The notes under the pieces were generated by a model. It worked only from the letters and a program-made list of their open reading frames with translations, was not told the origin of the DNA and ran no database searches. From Microthyrium microscopicum (Eukaryota), in assembly GCA_010405405.1 (NCBI GenBank), contig MU004237.1:2181345-2245344 (forward strand): a stretch of 64,000 nt of DNA, given 5' to 3'. A program made the translations under genes and the position numbers. This document shows, in pieces, positions 46,861-61,014 of this stretch (positions within the stretch are counted from its first letter, which is position 1; each line of letters opens with the position of its first letter).

Positions 46861-49800
46861 CTACATCGCCGAATTCTGCCGTGACGCATAGCCGCTACTA
46901 GTGCCACTTCCGCTCTCACTGACAGGTGTTGCCGGCTCCAAGCTCAACTGGCTGCGTAGGGTCATAATCCACGCATCCTGGAGGAGCTCTGCGGCACTCG
47001 CTCTCTTGACTGGATCGCGATCAAAGCACTTGTCCAAGAACGCAATGCCCAGATCCGTCAACTGATCACCTTGTGGCAGCTGCGGCGTATTGCCTTGAGC
47101 GATGTTGTACATGATCGCCCACTCATTGTCCAGTGACGCCCAAGGTCTTCGACCCGTGGCCATTTCAAGAATAACACAACCAAGTGACCATATATCTGCA
47201 GAACCTAGACGGCCTGTGTTGGCGCCACGGATGACTTCAGGCGACATGTACATAGGCGTGCCCTGCATGCTGTTCTGGCGATTGCCGTCTGCAGCAGCGC
47301 CAACGCCAGCAGCAAGAGTTTTGCCACCTTGGCGCGCAATAACCTTTGCAGCGCCGAAATCAACGAATTTGATGACGCCGTCGTGGTCGAGAAGGATATT
47401 TTCGGGCTTGATGTCACGATGCACGATGCCGCGCTCGTGTAGATAGGCGAGACCCTCGAGCATTTGAAGGGCGTAGACCATAACGACGGTCTCGTCTTCG
47501 ATGCGGCCGTGCTCGAGGAGGGCGGATAGGGAACCACCGTCGCAGTATTCCATGAAAATGTAAACCTTGTCGCGATGGGGCTCAATGCCGTAGTAGGAGA
47601 CGACGTTAGGATGGTCGAGGACTTGTAACACGGTCATTTCGTCCCGGATTTGCGAGACGATTGTAGGAATTAGCTGAGGATCGTGGAGGCGGATTTCTTT
47701 GACGGCCATAAGTTCGTTGCTTTCGAGGTTGATGGCGACGTAGACTGAACCAAAAGTACCACCACCAATAAACTGGCCTTGCTGCCAGCGAATGTGGACG
47801 TTAGAAGAAGATGAAGTGAGATAGGTCAGAGCCCTCAATGCAGGTTCATTTGAGTCTTCAAGAACTCTGCCAAGGGTAGATTTTTCGATATCGCGCTGCT
47901 TTCGAGAATCGTCCAATTGCTCAATGCAATCTATACGTTTTTGTCGCACAACTGCCGTCGATTCGGATTCATCTTGAAGATTGCTCAAGTCCATTCTGTG
48001 TTTGCCATGCATGCTCTCTTGATTATGTTTCTCAGCTTGAGCCGCCAAGGTAGATCTCGCTCCCATAATATCAAAGTGAGATACCAAAAGTGACATGCAT
48101 CCAGCAACTTTGGCCCGGAGTCTAGAATATTCTGTATCATCCATGGAAAGGATATTTTGGCCTTGAGTCATTATCATGGCGAATTCAAGAGCCGTGACGG
48201 CCCAGCGAAAGGTTTTTCGATCGGATGGATTGCAATCGTCACAAATGAAACTGATCCAGTCCAGCGCCAACTTCATAAGTTTCTTATTATTCATTGTTTT
48301 GCGGCCGCCGTCCATATAATGAATGGATCGTTGTCCAAATTCGGTGGCGAATGCAAAACAACTCTGGATCAATTCTTGACAATCCATTCCTTCTGTTTGT
48401 TTCCGAATGATCTCAACGCTGCTCATGATCGTATTGGAGAGATTGAATGCTGTGCGCTTGATCTTCTTCAACTCAAAATTGACTCGAGTCAGGTTTGCTC
48501 TCTGTTCGTTGGTGACAGACAAGTCATGACCTGTCTGTTGTTGGAAAGCATTTTTAGCAGTAGCGAGGCGCATATGCGATCCATCTGCTACTAATCTTAG
48601 GCGCGATTTGTTGAGGTCTAAATCCTCGGGAGGTGGAACCTGCATTTCCATAGTCTTTCCGGCCCAGAACAAAGTGTTCTCTGGTCTAAGAATCAAGACA
48701 TATGGGTTGGTAGGATCTTCTGGATTGTCCTCTGCATGGTAGCATGTCCCTAGAAGTGATGGGATATCTTCAGGTCTGTCTTGGAGAGCTGGAGATCCAA
48801 TCATGTATATGCCGTCGTCAAGAAGTTTGCTGTCGATCAAAAAGTGTCCAGAAAAGATTAAAGAGTTGTAAAATTCTACAAGAGAATCATTGTCGAGGTT
48901 AAGGTTATATTCAGCAGAATTCTCAAAGCGCTGAGTAAGAAGTCGAGAGAACCGGAACAGCTTTCGTTGTCGAACTCGAACAGAGTCCAGCATGGTTTTG
49001 TATCGTTTGTCTATATCAGAATGAGACAATTCGTCAGGCCTTTTCTGAAGTTCCCGTTCGAATTGTGTGTTGAGACGGACAAGAGATTTGGAGGTCAGGG
49101 AACTATGTTTTGATTAGCACAGGTTTACCTCTCGTAAATTGAACATACCTGAATTGTTCTGCTACCTCAATGTCACCACCATAAAGATAGCGACCAACTC
49201 TGGTGGAGAAATCCCACTCTTGTTCCATGATTTCAGCTTCCTTGAAAGCGTTCTTGTTGGCTGACAACTTCCAGTTGAGTAGTTTGAAGTAGAATTTGAG
49301 AGCATCAACCACGACAACATCGAAATTTTCCTCAATGCAATCTGAAGGATCCCAACCAGGTTCCGGACGAGATATTTGTATATAAGAGTCCTTGATTCGA
49401 ACCGCAAGGTCCAAGAGAATCTGAAATTGGCCAATCATTTGTTCCGTGGTCATGACAGGCTGTTGAGACCAGTCCTTGATCTTTTTGGCGTATGATAGAC
49501 GGATCCTAATTAGTTCCTTCACCAATCTCGATGGAAAGTTGATGAGAGTTTGGAGTTCCTCAATGTATGGTGGAAGATGTCGTTCATGAAAAACATCGCG
49601 ATGAACGATCAAAGTATTTTTGGCCTGTTCAATAACTTTGGTGAGGCCAATCAAGAGACCTTCTTGGCTTTGCAGGGACTTTAGACCGTCTTCCTTGAGA
49701 ATTCGTTCTATGAAAGAAGCTTCGTCCACAAGTCGACCATCTTCAGCCTCTCTTTTGCGTGGAAGTGAGAAATTGAGCTCTTCATTCCCGACCCATTTTC

Positions 49801-50977
49801 GAAGGATGGAGAGTTCTGTGTTGATGAGCTCCATAGTGTTGTGCCACGCGATAATAGCACTGTAAGCTGCAAAGAACTCTGGAGTCATGACTCGAGGATG
49901 GGCCTTTTCAAGAGCACTACTGTTTGGGTAAAGACCTTCAATCTTTTCAATCTTCTTGACCATGTCTGTGACTTGTTCGGCGGCAGTTTTACCAGCTTCA
50001 GCGACCCCTTGAATCTCAAAGCCGATAATGTTTTCGATGATAGTCTTGATCTCTGCGCGACCATTTTCAACCATTCCGCGATGTACTTGTAATGGCCTTC
50101 CACAGATTTTTGCTCGAAGCCCAAGCCATATTTCTGCTCTTAGTGTGGAATCATTGTTTTGGTCTCCGCCACCTACGAGTCTCCTCTTTTCTTGGCTGAC
50201 AACATCTCCACGAAGCACACTTGCTAGCATGGAATGCCATTCTAATCGTTCTCGGTTCTCCGGAATCTTCAACTCTTCAACTGATGGTTGCATCTCATCA
50301 TTTCCATAGTATAACAGTGTGTCCTGTTCATAAGGATCATCAGCTACGTCAGCTGTCGAAGGCGATCCCTCATCAGTGCCTGCATCCGAGCTCATGTCCA
50401 CGCTTGGTGTCCGCAAGTCCGTGTCAACATAGCCATCAGATTCTCGAGCATCCTGGCGTATCCGTTGAACATATGCTCGTTCTTGTGCGCGGTACTCAGC
50501 GTTTGGATTCGGTTTGCGAGATCGGGTAGTCGAAGAATTGCGCCCCCGACTCGTGTTGCTGTTGAGACTATATTGCGTCGGTCGACGGGCGGTGTAGGGC
50601 GCGTACGCGTTTGATGGGGTTCGGGCGGCGTTTGGTCGCTGCTGGCGAGTAGCAATGCCGTTGCTCAAACCGGGTGTCATGGGAGTTATAGGGGATAGGT
50701 CGTTTGCTCCGTTGGGCGACGCGCTGGTACTACTGCCGTGTCCGCGGGAGGTCCAACTATAGGTGGTAGATGCTGAGAGCATGGGTGGTACATCGTCAAG
50801 CGGCGTAGTGACGACGGCTGGTGTGAAGTCAAACTGGCCATCAACATCATCGTCTGAGGAGGATGCTTTATTGACTTCGGAGTCGGTGGAAGCACTAGAA
50901 TCGCCAGACTCGTTCCTCAACAAGTCTGGAGGAGCCGAAGTCGGCTGTGAATGGGAGTTTGGAAGCGCGGATGCCAT
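46861..50977 (-). CDS. SSK2: MAP kinase kinase kinase of the HOG pathway (Ssk2/SskB/OS-4)
   Basis: Intron 49148-49103 joins two ORFs. N-terminal motif ERLEWHSMLASVL; kinase motifs IGGGTFGSVY, MAVKEI, HRDIKPEN, DFG, GTPMYMSPE. Confidence 0.96.
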
Positions 50978-51690
50978 GGTGGTACTATTGAAGTGATTGC
51001 TGATGACGATGGGGCGAACGGGTCATTGCTTATCAAGGAGGTGCAGCACTGAAGCTGACAGGTAGATAAAAGAGAGTGAACAGGCAATAAAGGATTAAAG
51101 GATGAAAGAGAAGAAATAGATATTAGGTTGGAGGGAGTAGAGCCTGTCGAAGGAGGACAAGTGGAAAAGTTGGCAGTTGAAGTCCGGGCGCTGCATCAAT
51201 TTTCTAGGAAGAAGACATGCATCGCTTGCTTGCAGCGCCATGTGTTTACAAGGTACGATATGCCGGCTTATTCTAGGTCTAGGGTTGTACACGTAACCAA
51301 TTTGCCCCTATCTCGCTTGTTGATTCTCCACAAAGGCAAGAAATTAGAGTACAGTCCAATGAATTTATTCTTAAAAATCAAAATCCCTCTTGATAGCCGA
51401 ATCTTACGAGATCATGACTTTGGCGAAACATAAGCAATAAATCTCAAGAAATCCATGCCCATCCACTCATAAATTCATCTTGATATCATACAATAAACAG
51501 TAGAGTTGGGAATATACATGACCCGGAAATCCCCCATTGCCATAGCACTATACCGATGCTTACCATTATGTCCATACAATATCCACAAAGATGGGGGGTA
51601 TTCACCACATACGCCAAACAAATCATACACTAACCACACATAAACTCAAAACCTTCACTCATGCCATCCCAGACGTAGTCTCTACTTCTT

Positions 51691-54501
51691 CTATCCATTT
51701 CTCTCTTCCTGAAAGCCCGACGAAGCTTGCATATTCCAAGTATGCCCCGTCTCCGTCCAATCTGCCATCGGCGTCAACCCCGTCGTCGTACTAACATCCA
51801 CATTCCCCATGTCCCAGCCTGGCGTCATGCCCGAGCTGCCATCATTCATGTACGAATTGCCGAACATCTGCCCTCCGGCGAATCCATTGAATGTCGGATC
51901 GGGCACGCCAAAGAACATAACGTCTGCTGCAGATGCCATGTTTGGCGTAGGCAGAGCCGAGCTCCCGTCCATAGTTCGCGGTGAGTTTTTCGAATTGCCG
52001 TGCATAGAGTGTGTCGTGGTTTGCGATTGGTCATCGTTGGCGGAAGGTGGTGTGAATGAGGCTGGTGAATTTCCTTTGAAGGATGGATTGCGAGAACGTG
52101 ATGACGAGCTGCCTGTGCCGGAGTAGTCCATGTCTGTGGATGAGGGTGTGTTCGCATTATCGGCACCGATACCCATACCTTCAGCCATGGCTAGTACTGG
52201 GCCGCGGAAGGGACTGGATTTTGTGCGGTTGGGGAGCTGAAATGCAGATGGTGAGCCAGCAGAGAGATTGAATGAGTTGTCCATGTCAATGTTGATTTGG
52301 CCATTCAAACCAAAGTTTTGAGGGTTCATGTTGGGAGCGTGGAATACTGATGGGTCGGGGTTGACAGTTGTCTGTGTTTCGGTTATCTCGAATATTGATG
52401 TACACTTCTCGGGGGCTGACACTGCAACTTCCGTTGGGATAATTCCTGGCATAGCCTTTTGGTTCTTCTGATTTTGTTGTCGTTGTCGTTCTGTCCAAGG
52501 ATTCCTTGTTTGGGGTCCGATTACAATTCCCGTTCCTTCCAGATCAACTTCTAGTTGGGCAAGAAATGATTCTGTCAATGGATTCTTCCTTTTGAGGATA
52601 TGCATTGCGGTTCCGAGGAATTGGAGAGACGCTATCATGCTTTGATCTGTTGGGCGCCATTTAAGGTACTGTACAAACACCCTTGCTGCCACATAGAGAC
52701 AGAACGCAAGGAACGGGTTGAGCTAGAAACTTTAGTCGTCATATTCTCAAGGTCAGGCAAATACGTACTGTTCCAAGATCAATATGGCTCATCATTTTCA
52801 TTATTCTCGTTATCTCTGACGCTCCTGTAACGCAACGAGCTCGACTCTCCGATATTATGTTTTGGGGCAGTCGATTTCGATCTGCCTTGTATATTGCGGC
52901 TTGATGGAGACATATTACTGATGTGTGAAGCATCATATTCATGAATATAACATTCGGATCAGGAAGGCCTCCAGGAATGCGCAGATGATCTGGCAGAGCG
53001 AGACATATGTTCGCAAGCAGACTTTCTAGTTGACGATGTCTTTGCCAGAACTCGCCGTTGAGATCTTCTTCATTGTCGTGTGGAGTAGGCCGATGTAAAT
53101 GGGTGAGGTTACGGCCAAGTAGACATGCTATTATAATGACACTTGATATTGCGGAGATGTTGGTAGAGCCAGCGAGGGAGAATGCTTGTTCCAGCGAAAT
53201 TGCGGGTTCGGGTTGACTCTTGAGATAGGCATCGTCGGACGCTGGAAGTAGAGTCATAATCTATCAAAGTCAGTGCTGATTCGAGAAAGTTCAAGGGGCC
53301 GGTTTACATCTCGTTCATCAAGTCTAAGAGCCCAACCAGTACCTATACTTGCATATCTATCTGCGCAAAAGCACATCCAAAAGGTACGTCGTCTTTCTTC
53401 TCTTTCCGTCCAATCTTTTGGTGGAGGAAGACACTGCTTGACGTCTAAGCCCGATCCATCAATTCGATATAGGCCCATCATCAGCGCTAGACTTCCAGCT
53501 CTACCAGTATCTTGCCATGCTCTTGGAAAGTACATGAGCTTGAATTCGTACCATGCCAATAATAGCCAGGTTTGGCAATGTCCTACGGTGAGGATGCTCT
53601 CTCCATGGCCTTTCATTTCGTCAAGCTCGGCATACTTTCTAGCTCTATGATAGAATTCGTCGGTAAGGTTGTGATATTTGTCAGATACGGAAGCAGCTAA
53701 ACACCACATGATATATCTCAAGCAAACTGGTGGTCGCATACCCGGTATCAAGTTCATTGCCGCAAGATAACGAGGTTGATGAATCATAGGAATGGAAGGA
53801 TGACACTGGCGGAAATAGATGTCGTGTCTGCATTAAGAAGTCAGCACATTTTGTTGATACTATGCGACATCAGCATGAAGAAATTGGGCAACATACAACT
53901 CGTCAATGACATCCTGTGGGGGAAGAGCCTCTTCTGTTCCAATTGAAATCATTTCCGTAAAATTTGAGGATCTGTCTTGTACCGGTGGAAGACCTCCGAG
54001 ACCAGTCATGAGTGGACCACCATCACCAGAGGCATCTGGGTTGTATGGCGCATTACTCGAATTTGTATTTGCAAGAGACTTGTTGTGAGAATCGAAGCTG
54101 CCGTTGGTCGCTGGTTGCCCATCTGTGGTTTTCAACATTGTCTCGACATGCTCTAAACGGTGGTTAGTACTTTATCACAGGGACAGCCAATTGGTTCACA
54201 ACGCACGAAGTCTTGCTTCCAACAGTTTGACATATCCCCTCTTAGGGCCACTCTTCTTGCGAACCTCATCATAACCACAATCATGCGATAACCGACTGCA
54301 GGTTCCACATTTCGGTCTTGCTCCATCACATCTTAATTTTCTTTTCCTACACAGCACGCAAGCTATCCGCTTCGCTCGCGGTTGATTTTCATTATCGCCC
54401 ACAGTCTCGGTATTCTTTTCGCCCTTTGACGAGTCAGACGGTTGTCGCGACAAGTCGTTGAAGAAGGAGTCGTCCGGGGAACTCGAGGACTCTGGAGCCA
54501 T
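51691..54501 (-). CDS. Zn(II)2Cys6 transcription factor with fungal-specific TF middle domain
   Basis: ACVLCRKRKLRCDGARPKCGTCSRLSHDCGY and EERRRTFWMCFCADRY. Four introns link ORFs 54196-54501, 53860-54138, 53254-53787, 52739-53257 and 51691-52692. Confidence 0.93.
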
Positions 54502-56230
54502 CGCGATAAAGGTTAAGGAAGTCTCGAAGGCAGTAAAATCGGATAGCGCCGGGTTTAAGGAGGATTGGAGATTTTGGAGTTAAAGTGGTTCAATGGAATG
54601 CAGCCGATATTGACTTGCTGTATGATGTTGGTGACTGATCTAGACCCCTCTTGTCGCGCGTAGGGTTGGATCATGGGTCAATAGTGACGGAAAGGAGAGG
54701 AGCGTGGAGAAGGATGTCAAGGGAGAGGTAAACAAGGCTTGCATTGGGTGTAGGCAGTTGTGTATGGTTGTGTTGTAGAAAGTGTAGTTCGTCATGCAGA
54801 GTCAATGTTGCTGCCTGAGACTCTTGATACGAGCATCAAGATCCTTGCCTTGGAATATGGCGGGTCCGTGGGAGGCTTAGAGCAAAGTCCGGGCTTGCGG
54901 GTGTCCTTGAATGGTTCAATCTCTATGCTTGTGGGCTCTGTGGGCTCAACCTTAATCAAAAACTTGGTCGTGGTCAGGCTGGTCTTACAGTCTTACTCTA
55001 CGCGAGAACCCGACATAACTTGCATCCAAGTGCATTACTAATCGCATCTTCTTTCCTGTCTTGGTATTTTGGATGGGTCATGGAAGACCGAGGAACCCTT
55101 GACTCCACGTGCTATGCTCAGCATCAAACACCATCGCAAAATAATCATCGGAGAGTCCGACCTTGTTGAATCGTGGCATTAAACAACCTGGGTCTGATAC
55201 GTCGTTTATGTACGCTATCTCTATCGCGATTGACAACGTATCTAGGAAAACTATCTTTCATTCATTCGGACTTGAAATAAAAAGACCTACCTAGGTAATT
55301 AGGTAGGTATGTGTATCTCCTATCACAATACAATCAATTAGAATCATAACGAAAATTGTAGAGATTGGGGCGGATATGGTACAAGCCTACAATCTCGAGT
55401 CTCTCTAACCAATTCTTCCTCTACCCCATATCAGGGGTCAATTCACAAAGCTGAGCATTATACTGCCTTCGTTGCATGATCCTACGATTCTTCTAGACAT
55501 ATTATTTGAAGTCTGATTGGAACCTGCCCCTGGTCCTACTTGATCCTTTATGTTTATGCGCCTCAAGGAGCCTCTGGAAAGATTACCCGAATCTTTAAAA
55601 CCACTTTACATACAATAGATATCATATGCCCCAAATGGACACTTTGGTCTAATACATTCTAGAAAAAGGTGTGTGTTAGGCTTGATCATGGGATACAGTT
55701 GGCGAGATGTCATCCTCCATACTCCGTACTGCCAATGCCATGGTAAGCAATAGCCCTCGGATAACAGGTGGTGGTATGCTGCTAAAGATGTTCATTCGTT
55801 GGTCCAGATCATTGAAATACAGCGTCCAGCATCAAGAAATTTAAGAGCTGGAGCGCTGTATATATCCATTTTGGGCATCGCAGTATGACAAGGTGAACAA
55901 GGGCGATTTTCCTGACGTGCGGTTTGGCGGATGGTACTGAGTAGATCCGATGATCGTCCCTGTATCATGTACTCTTTCTCGTACCTCTGAGTGCCTTTGT
56001 CCATTATGACTTCCGAAGAAGGTCAGATTGTGTGCCCAGAATGAGCTTTCGATACCCGTAAACATGAAATACCTTATGAAGTCACATTGGACTTGGCCGA
56101 TTACTATAAATAGCGGCTTCCTCCGCATGTTCACACGATATTGAAGCTATAAATGGTCTTATAAACATCTTCATTTCTCAATACTAGTTTGAAAATATCC
56201 TTCAATTCATCACACTATCGCATATAAATC

Positions 56231-56740
56231 ATGACAGAACCCAAACAAGTCACAAAATTTCCACCTCCCCAGCAAGGCGAACGCGTAACTTACACCGGCA
56301 GTTGTCACTGCAATGCCGTCGTCTACCAAATCACCCATTGCAAACTGGAAGAGAATGAAGTCGTCACCTGTAACTGCTCCATCTGTACTCGAAATGGCTA
56401 CTTGTTCATATACGCACCGCCAGAAGACTTTGAGTTTGTGACTGGAAGCGATAATATACTGACGGTAACTACGATAGATCATTGACTTGCATTGAGTCTG
56501 ACGGATAGCAGAAATACAAGTTCCATAAGATGAATAGCGCGCATTACTTCTGTCCCCGATGTGGGACCAGTATTTTTGCAGTCAGTGAGGCTGCGGAGTT
56601 TTTTCCGGGGTATAGAGGTGTCAATGTAGGTTGGACTGTTCGAAATATCTGTTGCTGTTGACATGAATTAGGTTCGGACGCTTCATGATGTGGACATATC
56701 CAAGTTAAATCTTGTTCATCTTGACGGAAAGAGTTTCTGA
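56231..56740 (+). CDS. GFA/CENP-V (Mss4-like) zinc protein
   Basis: Exons 56231-56464, 56512-56625, 56672-56740. Motifs GSCHCNAV, CNCSICTRNGYL, HYFCPRCGTS, GVNVRTL. Confidence 0.9.
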
Positions 56741-57281
56741 GTGGGTGGAACGCGTTTGGTTGAAGAGAAGGCCATTGATGGCAATTGCTGGTAACTTTTA
56801 GTGGCGGCGAGACAAGATGGGAACGCCATTGCAGATGCTACTCTAGAGTAATTCATATAGACCACTAGGCGATGTATGATGACTGGATCTTGACCGCTTT
56901 CGTGCTATCATTATAAACCAGTACATGGCCTGTTTCAGCCAATTACTACAACGCAACATGACAGAATGGAGTGCTTCATATTCTCTCTCAGATTGATCTG
57001 GAAATCAAAGCAGACTCAGCCGCGAGCAGTAAAAATGATGGTTAGATCTTGATGAAATGTGAGAATGTGGTTGAAAAGAGGAGAGTGGTGGAGAGATAGA
57101 CGAGGGGATGTCGTCAAAGCACAGCCCTTGGTTAAAGGTTGGGAACTCTAGCTGCTACCACTCCATACTTCAACCACCACCATCCTACTCCGCATTATTG
57201 CTGCCTTGCGCCTTCAAAGCTTTTTGAGCGCTTGATGAGATGGAGCTGCGTCGATGTTCCTATCCGATATAACACCCAGCT

Positions 57282-60200
57282 ATGTACTGGCCCATTGGAG
57301 CTCCGCGAGTCTATGCCGCAAGCCAGCATCAGCTCGATACCTCGAGAAATAGACGTAAATCATCCACACAATTGTCTGACGATGGCGCCCCTAAAGCTAG
57401 ACGAAGGTCATCGACTTTGGCCCTAGACAGTGACGAGAAAGAGTCTATCTTGGGCGCAAAAATCATTGGTGTTCGTCTGAGTCGCAATGGTAATTTGTTT
57501 GTGACCATCACTCAGTCAACCTTGACACTTTGGCAAACAAAGGTAGGCCACCAAACGTTATGTCTTAGAGCTTATTAGCTAACGACATACAGCCTACTAC
57601 TGTAGTCGCGTCGGTCTTACGCTCGTCCAATTCCCTCAAAACATATGGCGAAAATGTCGATGTTCTACTTCGTCCAGACACCGCGATCATCGTCATTCAA
57701 ACGGCGCTCGGCTACCTCATAACGTACTCCCTATCGACCGACTCCCAAGCGCGGCTCTACCAGCCAATCCTCCCAGAGCATCATCCACAGAACCGTCGAA
57801 AAAGTATAATTGGCAATGTAGCGTCGGTGGATCCTTTCGCTGGCCCTGGAGAGGCGCAAGGCATCCGAGAATTCACTATCAAATTCCGCATGGTCATTAA
57901 GGTTGATGCAGGAGTGTCCAAAGCCATCGCCCTAGATGACGAGCTCATTGTTGCAACGGAGATGCCTCCAGCTATTCAATGTGTACGATGGATACCCAAT
58001 GAGAAAGGATCTCAGGCCACAACCGCGCTGCTTAAATCAATGTCTTGGATTTCCAAAAGTACGCATATCAAGGAAATCATCCATGATCGCCCTATGAATC
58101 TATCAGTGTGGATTACAAGTGATGGGAAAGGCTATGCTGTTCAGAAACCGCAATCTGCTAATCCGTCAGAGCCGTCAGACTTGTTCCAAGGCCATTGTTT
58201 TCATGATCCTGAAAGTGATGACAGCAGAGCTACCAAGGCTGCAATCAGCGCAAGATTCTCTCTGATTGCTGTTAGCTGCGTGGACAGTGATATTCTCGTT
58301 TATACAGCTCGAGATTATGCTGGTCATATCCCACTGTCTCACAAGCTGTCCTTGCCAGTTTCTCGGACAAGCGCTGGGGCTGTAACATGCTTATCTTACT
58401 CCCCAGATGGATATGCCTTGTTTGTAGGATATGAAAAGGGATGGGCCATCTGGAGTGTATACGGCAAATTAGGAGCCTGTAGTTTCGCCTCAGACAAGAA
58501 GATATCCACTTCAGCCGACGAGTCCTGGCTACTTGGTGTCAAAGAAGCATTCTGGATTGGATCAGGCTCGCAGCTTATAATGTTGAGTCCCAACGACAAT
58601 CGTCTTTGGGCCTTGGATATGGCTAGAAGTGCAGTAACAGGATGCTTTTCATCTGCCAATGTTGCTAGATCATTACTTCAAACTCCTACCGGTTTCATGA
58701 TTTATCGAGGATATGATCTTCCAGATTTAGGAACCGTTTCACTGGAATCAGGTCTTTGGCATCAAGTTCAAATACCAACAGAATACATTCATAGGCAATG
58801 GCCAATCCGAAGTTCTGTTATTTCAGCAGACGGTCGTTATGTTGCCGTTGCTGGTCGTAGAGGCCTGGCTCATTATAGCGTGACTAGTGGAAGATGGAAA
58901 ACGTTTGATGATACATCATCCGAAAATGATTTTACGGTCCGGGGAGGTATGTGCTGGCATCAACATGTATTGATCGCCGCTGTTGAATCTGGAGAAGGAT
59001 TTCAGGTAAGTTCCGGACGCAGCTTACAAGTCTTTGTCTAATATCAATCAGATTAGAGTCTACTCCCGTGAGTCGGCCCTCGACAATGCAATGATAATGC
59101 ACATTCAACAACTACCTGCACCCATCGTCCATCTCGCACCTTCTGGTCAAGACTCACTTTTGGTCTACACTTATGACAACTTGCTCTACCATTACATCAT
59201 CACTGTGTCAAATGCTGCTGTCAATCTTGTTCAAGTGGGAGAGATTCAACTTCATGGCATTATTAGAGCACCTCTTCGAGTTCGAGCTCTGAGCTGGATT
59301 CTCCCTGAGGATCAATTGGGTAATTTCCTCGCACCTTGTGTCACAAACGGCTAACAATGATAGAAAATGGTGATCCATCTCACGATGTGGAAATCGCCAC
59401 GATCTTATTTTTGGTGGATGGTAAGCTTGTCGTGTTACAACCATCTTATCAAGAGAATAAAGAGCTCAAATACGACATGCGAATCATTGCTCAGAACGCC
59501 GAGTATTATGTTTTGATGAGAGATCAGCAATATTTCAACAGCCTCAACCAAAAGGTTCTACCCAAGCTCTCTGAGAATGAAAGTGAAGAGTCATCAGAAA
59601 TATCGAAATATCATCAGAACGACTTGCGAGACTCTCTCTGGTATTTTGATGGTCACGATATGCAAGTTTGGACTGATGCACAAGAACTTTTGGCTTCTGC
59701 TCCTCCTGAACTGGGCAGAGAATTACCTGTGCCCATCCGAATATCAACAGACTTTTATCCCCTTTCGGTTCTGCTCAGCAAAGCCATTCTTTTTGGAATC
59801 GAGCCAGATATGCTCCAGAGGCGTGATATGGGTTTCTCGGTCTTGAGATTCACAACGAGGGTAACAATTGCGTCTCTAATTCATAGTCACTTGCTAACTT
59901 GAGACAGACACAACTATTTCTTCCACAAATTCTTCGACATCACTTATCACAATATAATGCGCCTTCCGCACTATACGTATCACAGAATTATAGCCACCTC
60001 GAATACTTCGCCCACGCTCTTGAGGTCTTACTCCACGACGTGCTAGACGACGAAGTCGACTCCCCACCTGCCCACCCCGAACAAGCTCTCCTCCCATCAG
60101 TCATATCCCTGATCTCATCTTTCGATCAATACCTCGATATTATCGTACAGTGCACTCGAAAGACTGAAGCTCGCTCATGGCAGACTCTCTTTGCCCACCT

Positions 60201-60492
60201 TCCACCACCCAAGCAGCTTTTTGACGAATCACTCGCCAATGGCAATCTCAAAACTGCTGGTGGCTATTTACTAGTCCTGCACACTTTTGAAGAAATGCAA
60301 GCCGAAGATGAAGGCCTGAGCGAAAGGGCTGGTGAAGAGCAGATGCTTGAACTGCTTCAGCGGGCTAAAGATGTTCAGGATTGGGAGCTTTGCAAGGAGT
60401 TGGCGAGGTTCCTGATGGCGATGGACGATAGTGGGACTACTTTGAAGAGAACGTTGTCCAAGGCTGGTTTCAGCATTGCGGTGGGAGAATGA
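57282..60492 (+). CDS. RIC1: Ric1, subunit of the Ric1-Rgp1 GEF for Ypt6/Rab6
   Basis: MYWPIGAP start; GRYVAVAGRRGLAHYS..GRWKTF, FTVRGGMCW, DFYPLSVLL, YFAHALEVLLHDVL, VQCTRKTE, WELCKELARFL. Four introns. Confidence 0.95.
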
Positions 60493-61014
60493 TTTCATGA
60501 TGAATTAAGCTTGTGCTTTTTGCAGTGGAGAAGGCATACTCATAATGCTCCAGGCTGGGATTGTGTTGTTTGTTGACAACTGTTGAGATGGCTGCTTCGC
60601 CCATTCTAGGCTTTTGTCTCGCCATACACTCACGATACCTACCTAGAGCTTTACTCACTTGCTCTCCCTCAAATGGCCGTTTCACCAAGGTCTTGAAGAT
60701 CTCGATCAGTCATTTCAAAATCTCGATGATAAAGGCTTAAATCCGCTAAATTCCGAACTCCGATGGAGACACCATCACACCATCTTCACTGGACCACTGC
60801 CGCGTTGGTAATATAGAGTCGTGCAGAGATGATGTCGTAGGCTCGGGCATCTCATAGTAACCGATCCACGGCTCATATACCATTTCAGGTCCGGTTCCCT
60901 GCTCTTTGAAAGGCTATATAAGGACGGAGTTAAGTTGTGGGATGCTGATGCCATACCTGGTACCAAACGACCAAGTGCATACTTAGTCTTGCACAACAAA
61001 AGCTCCCATCAATA

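Noticed and set aside
55500..56134. Short minus-strand ORFs upstream of the GFA gene
   Set aside because: No motifs and no consistent splice model.
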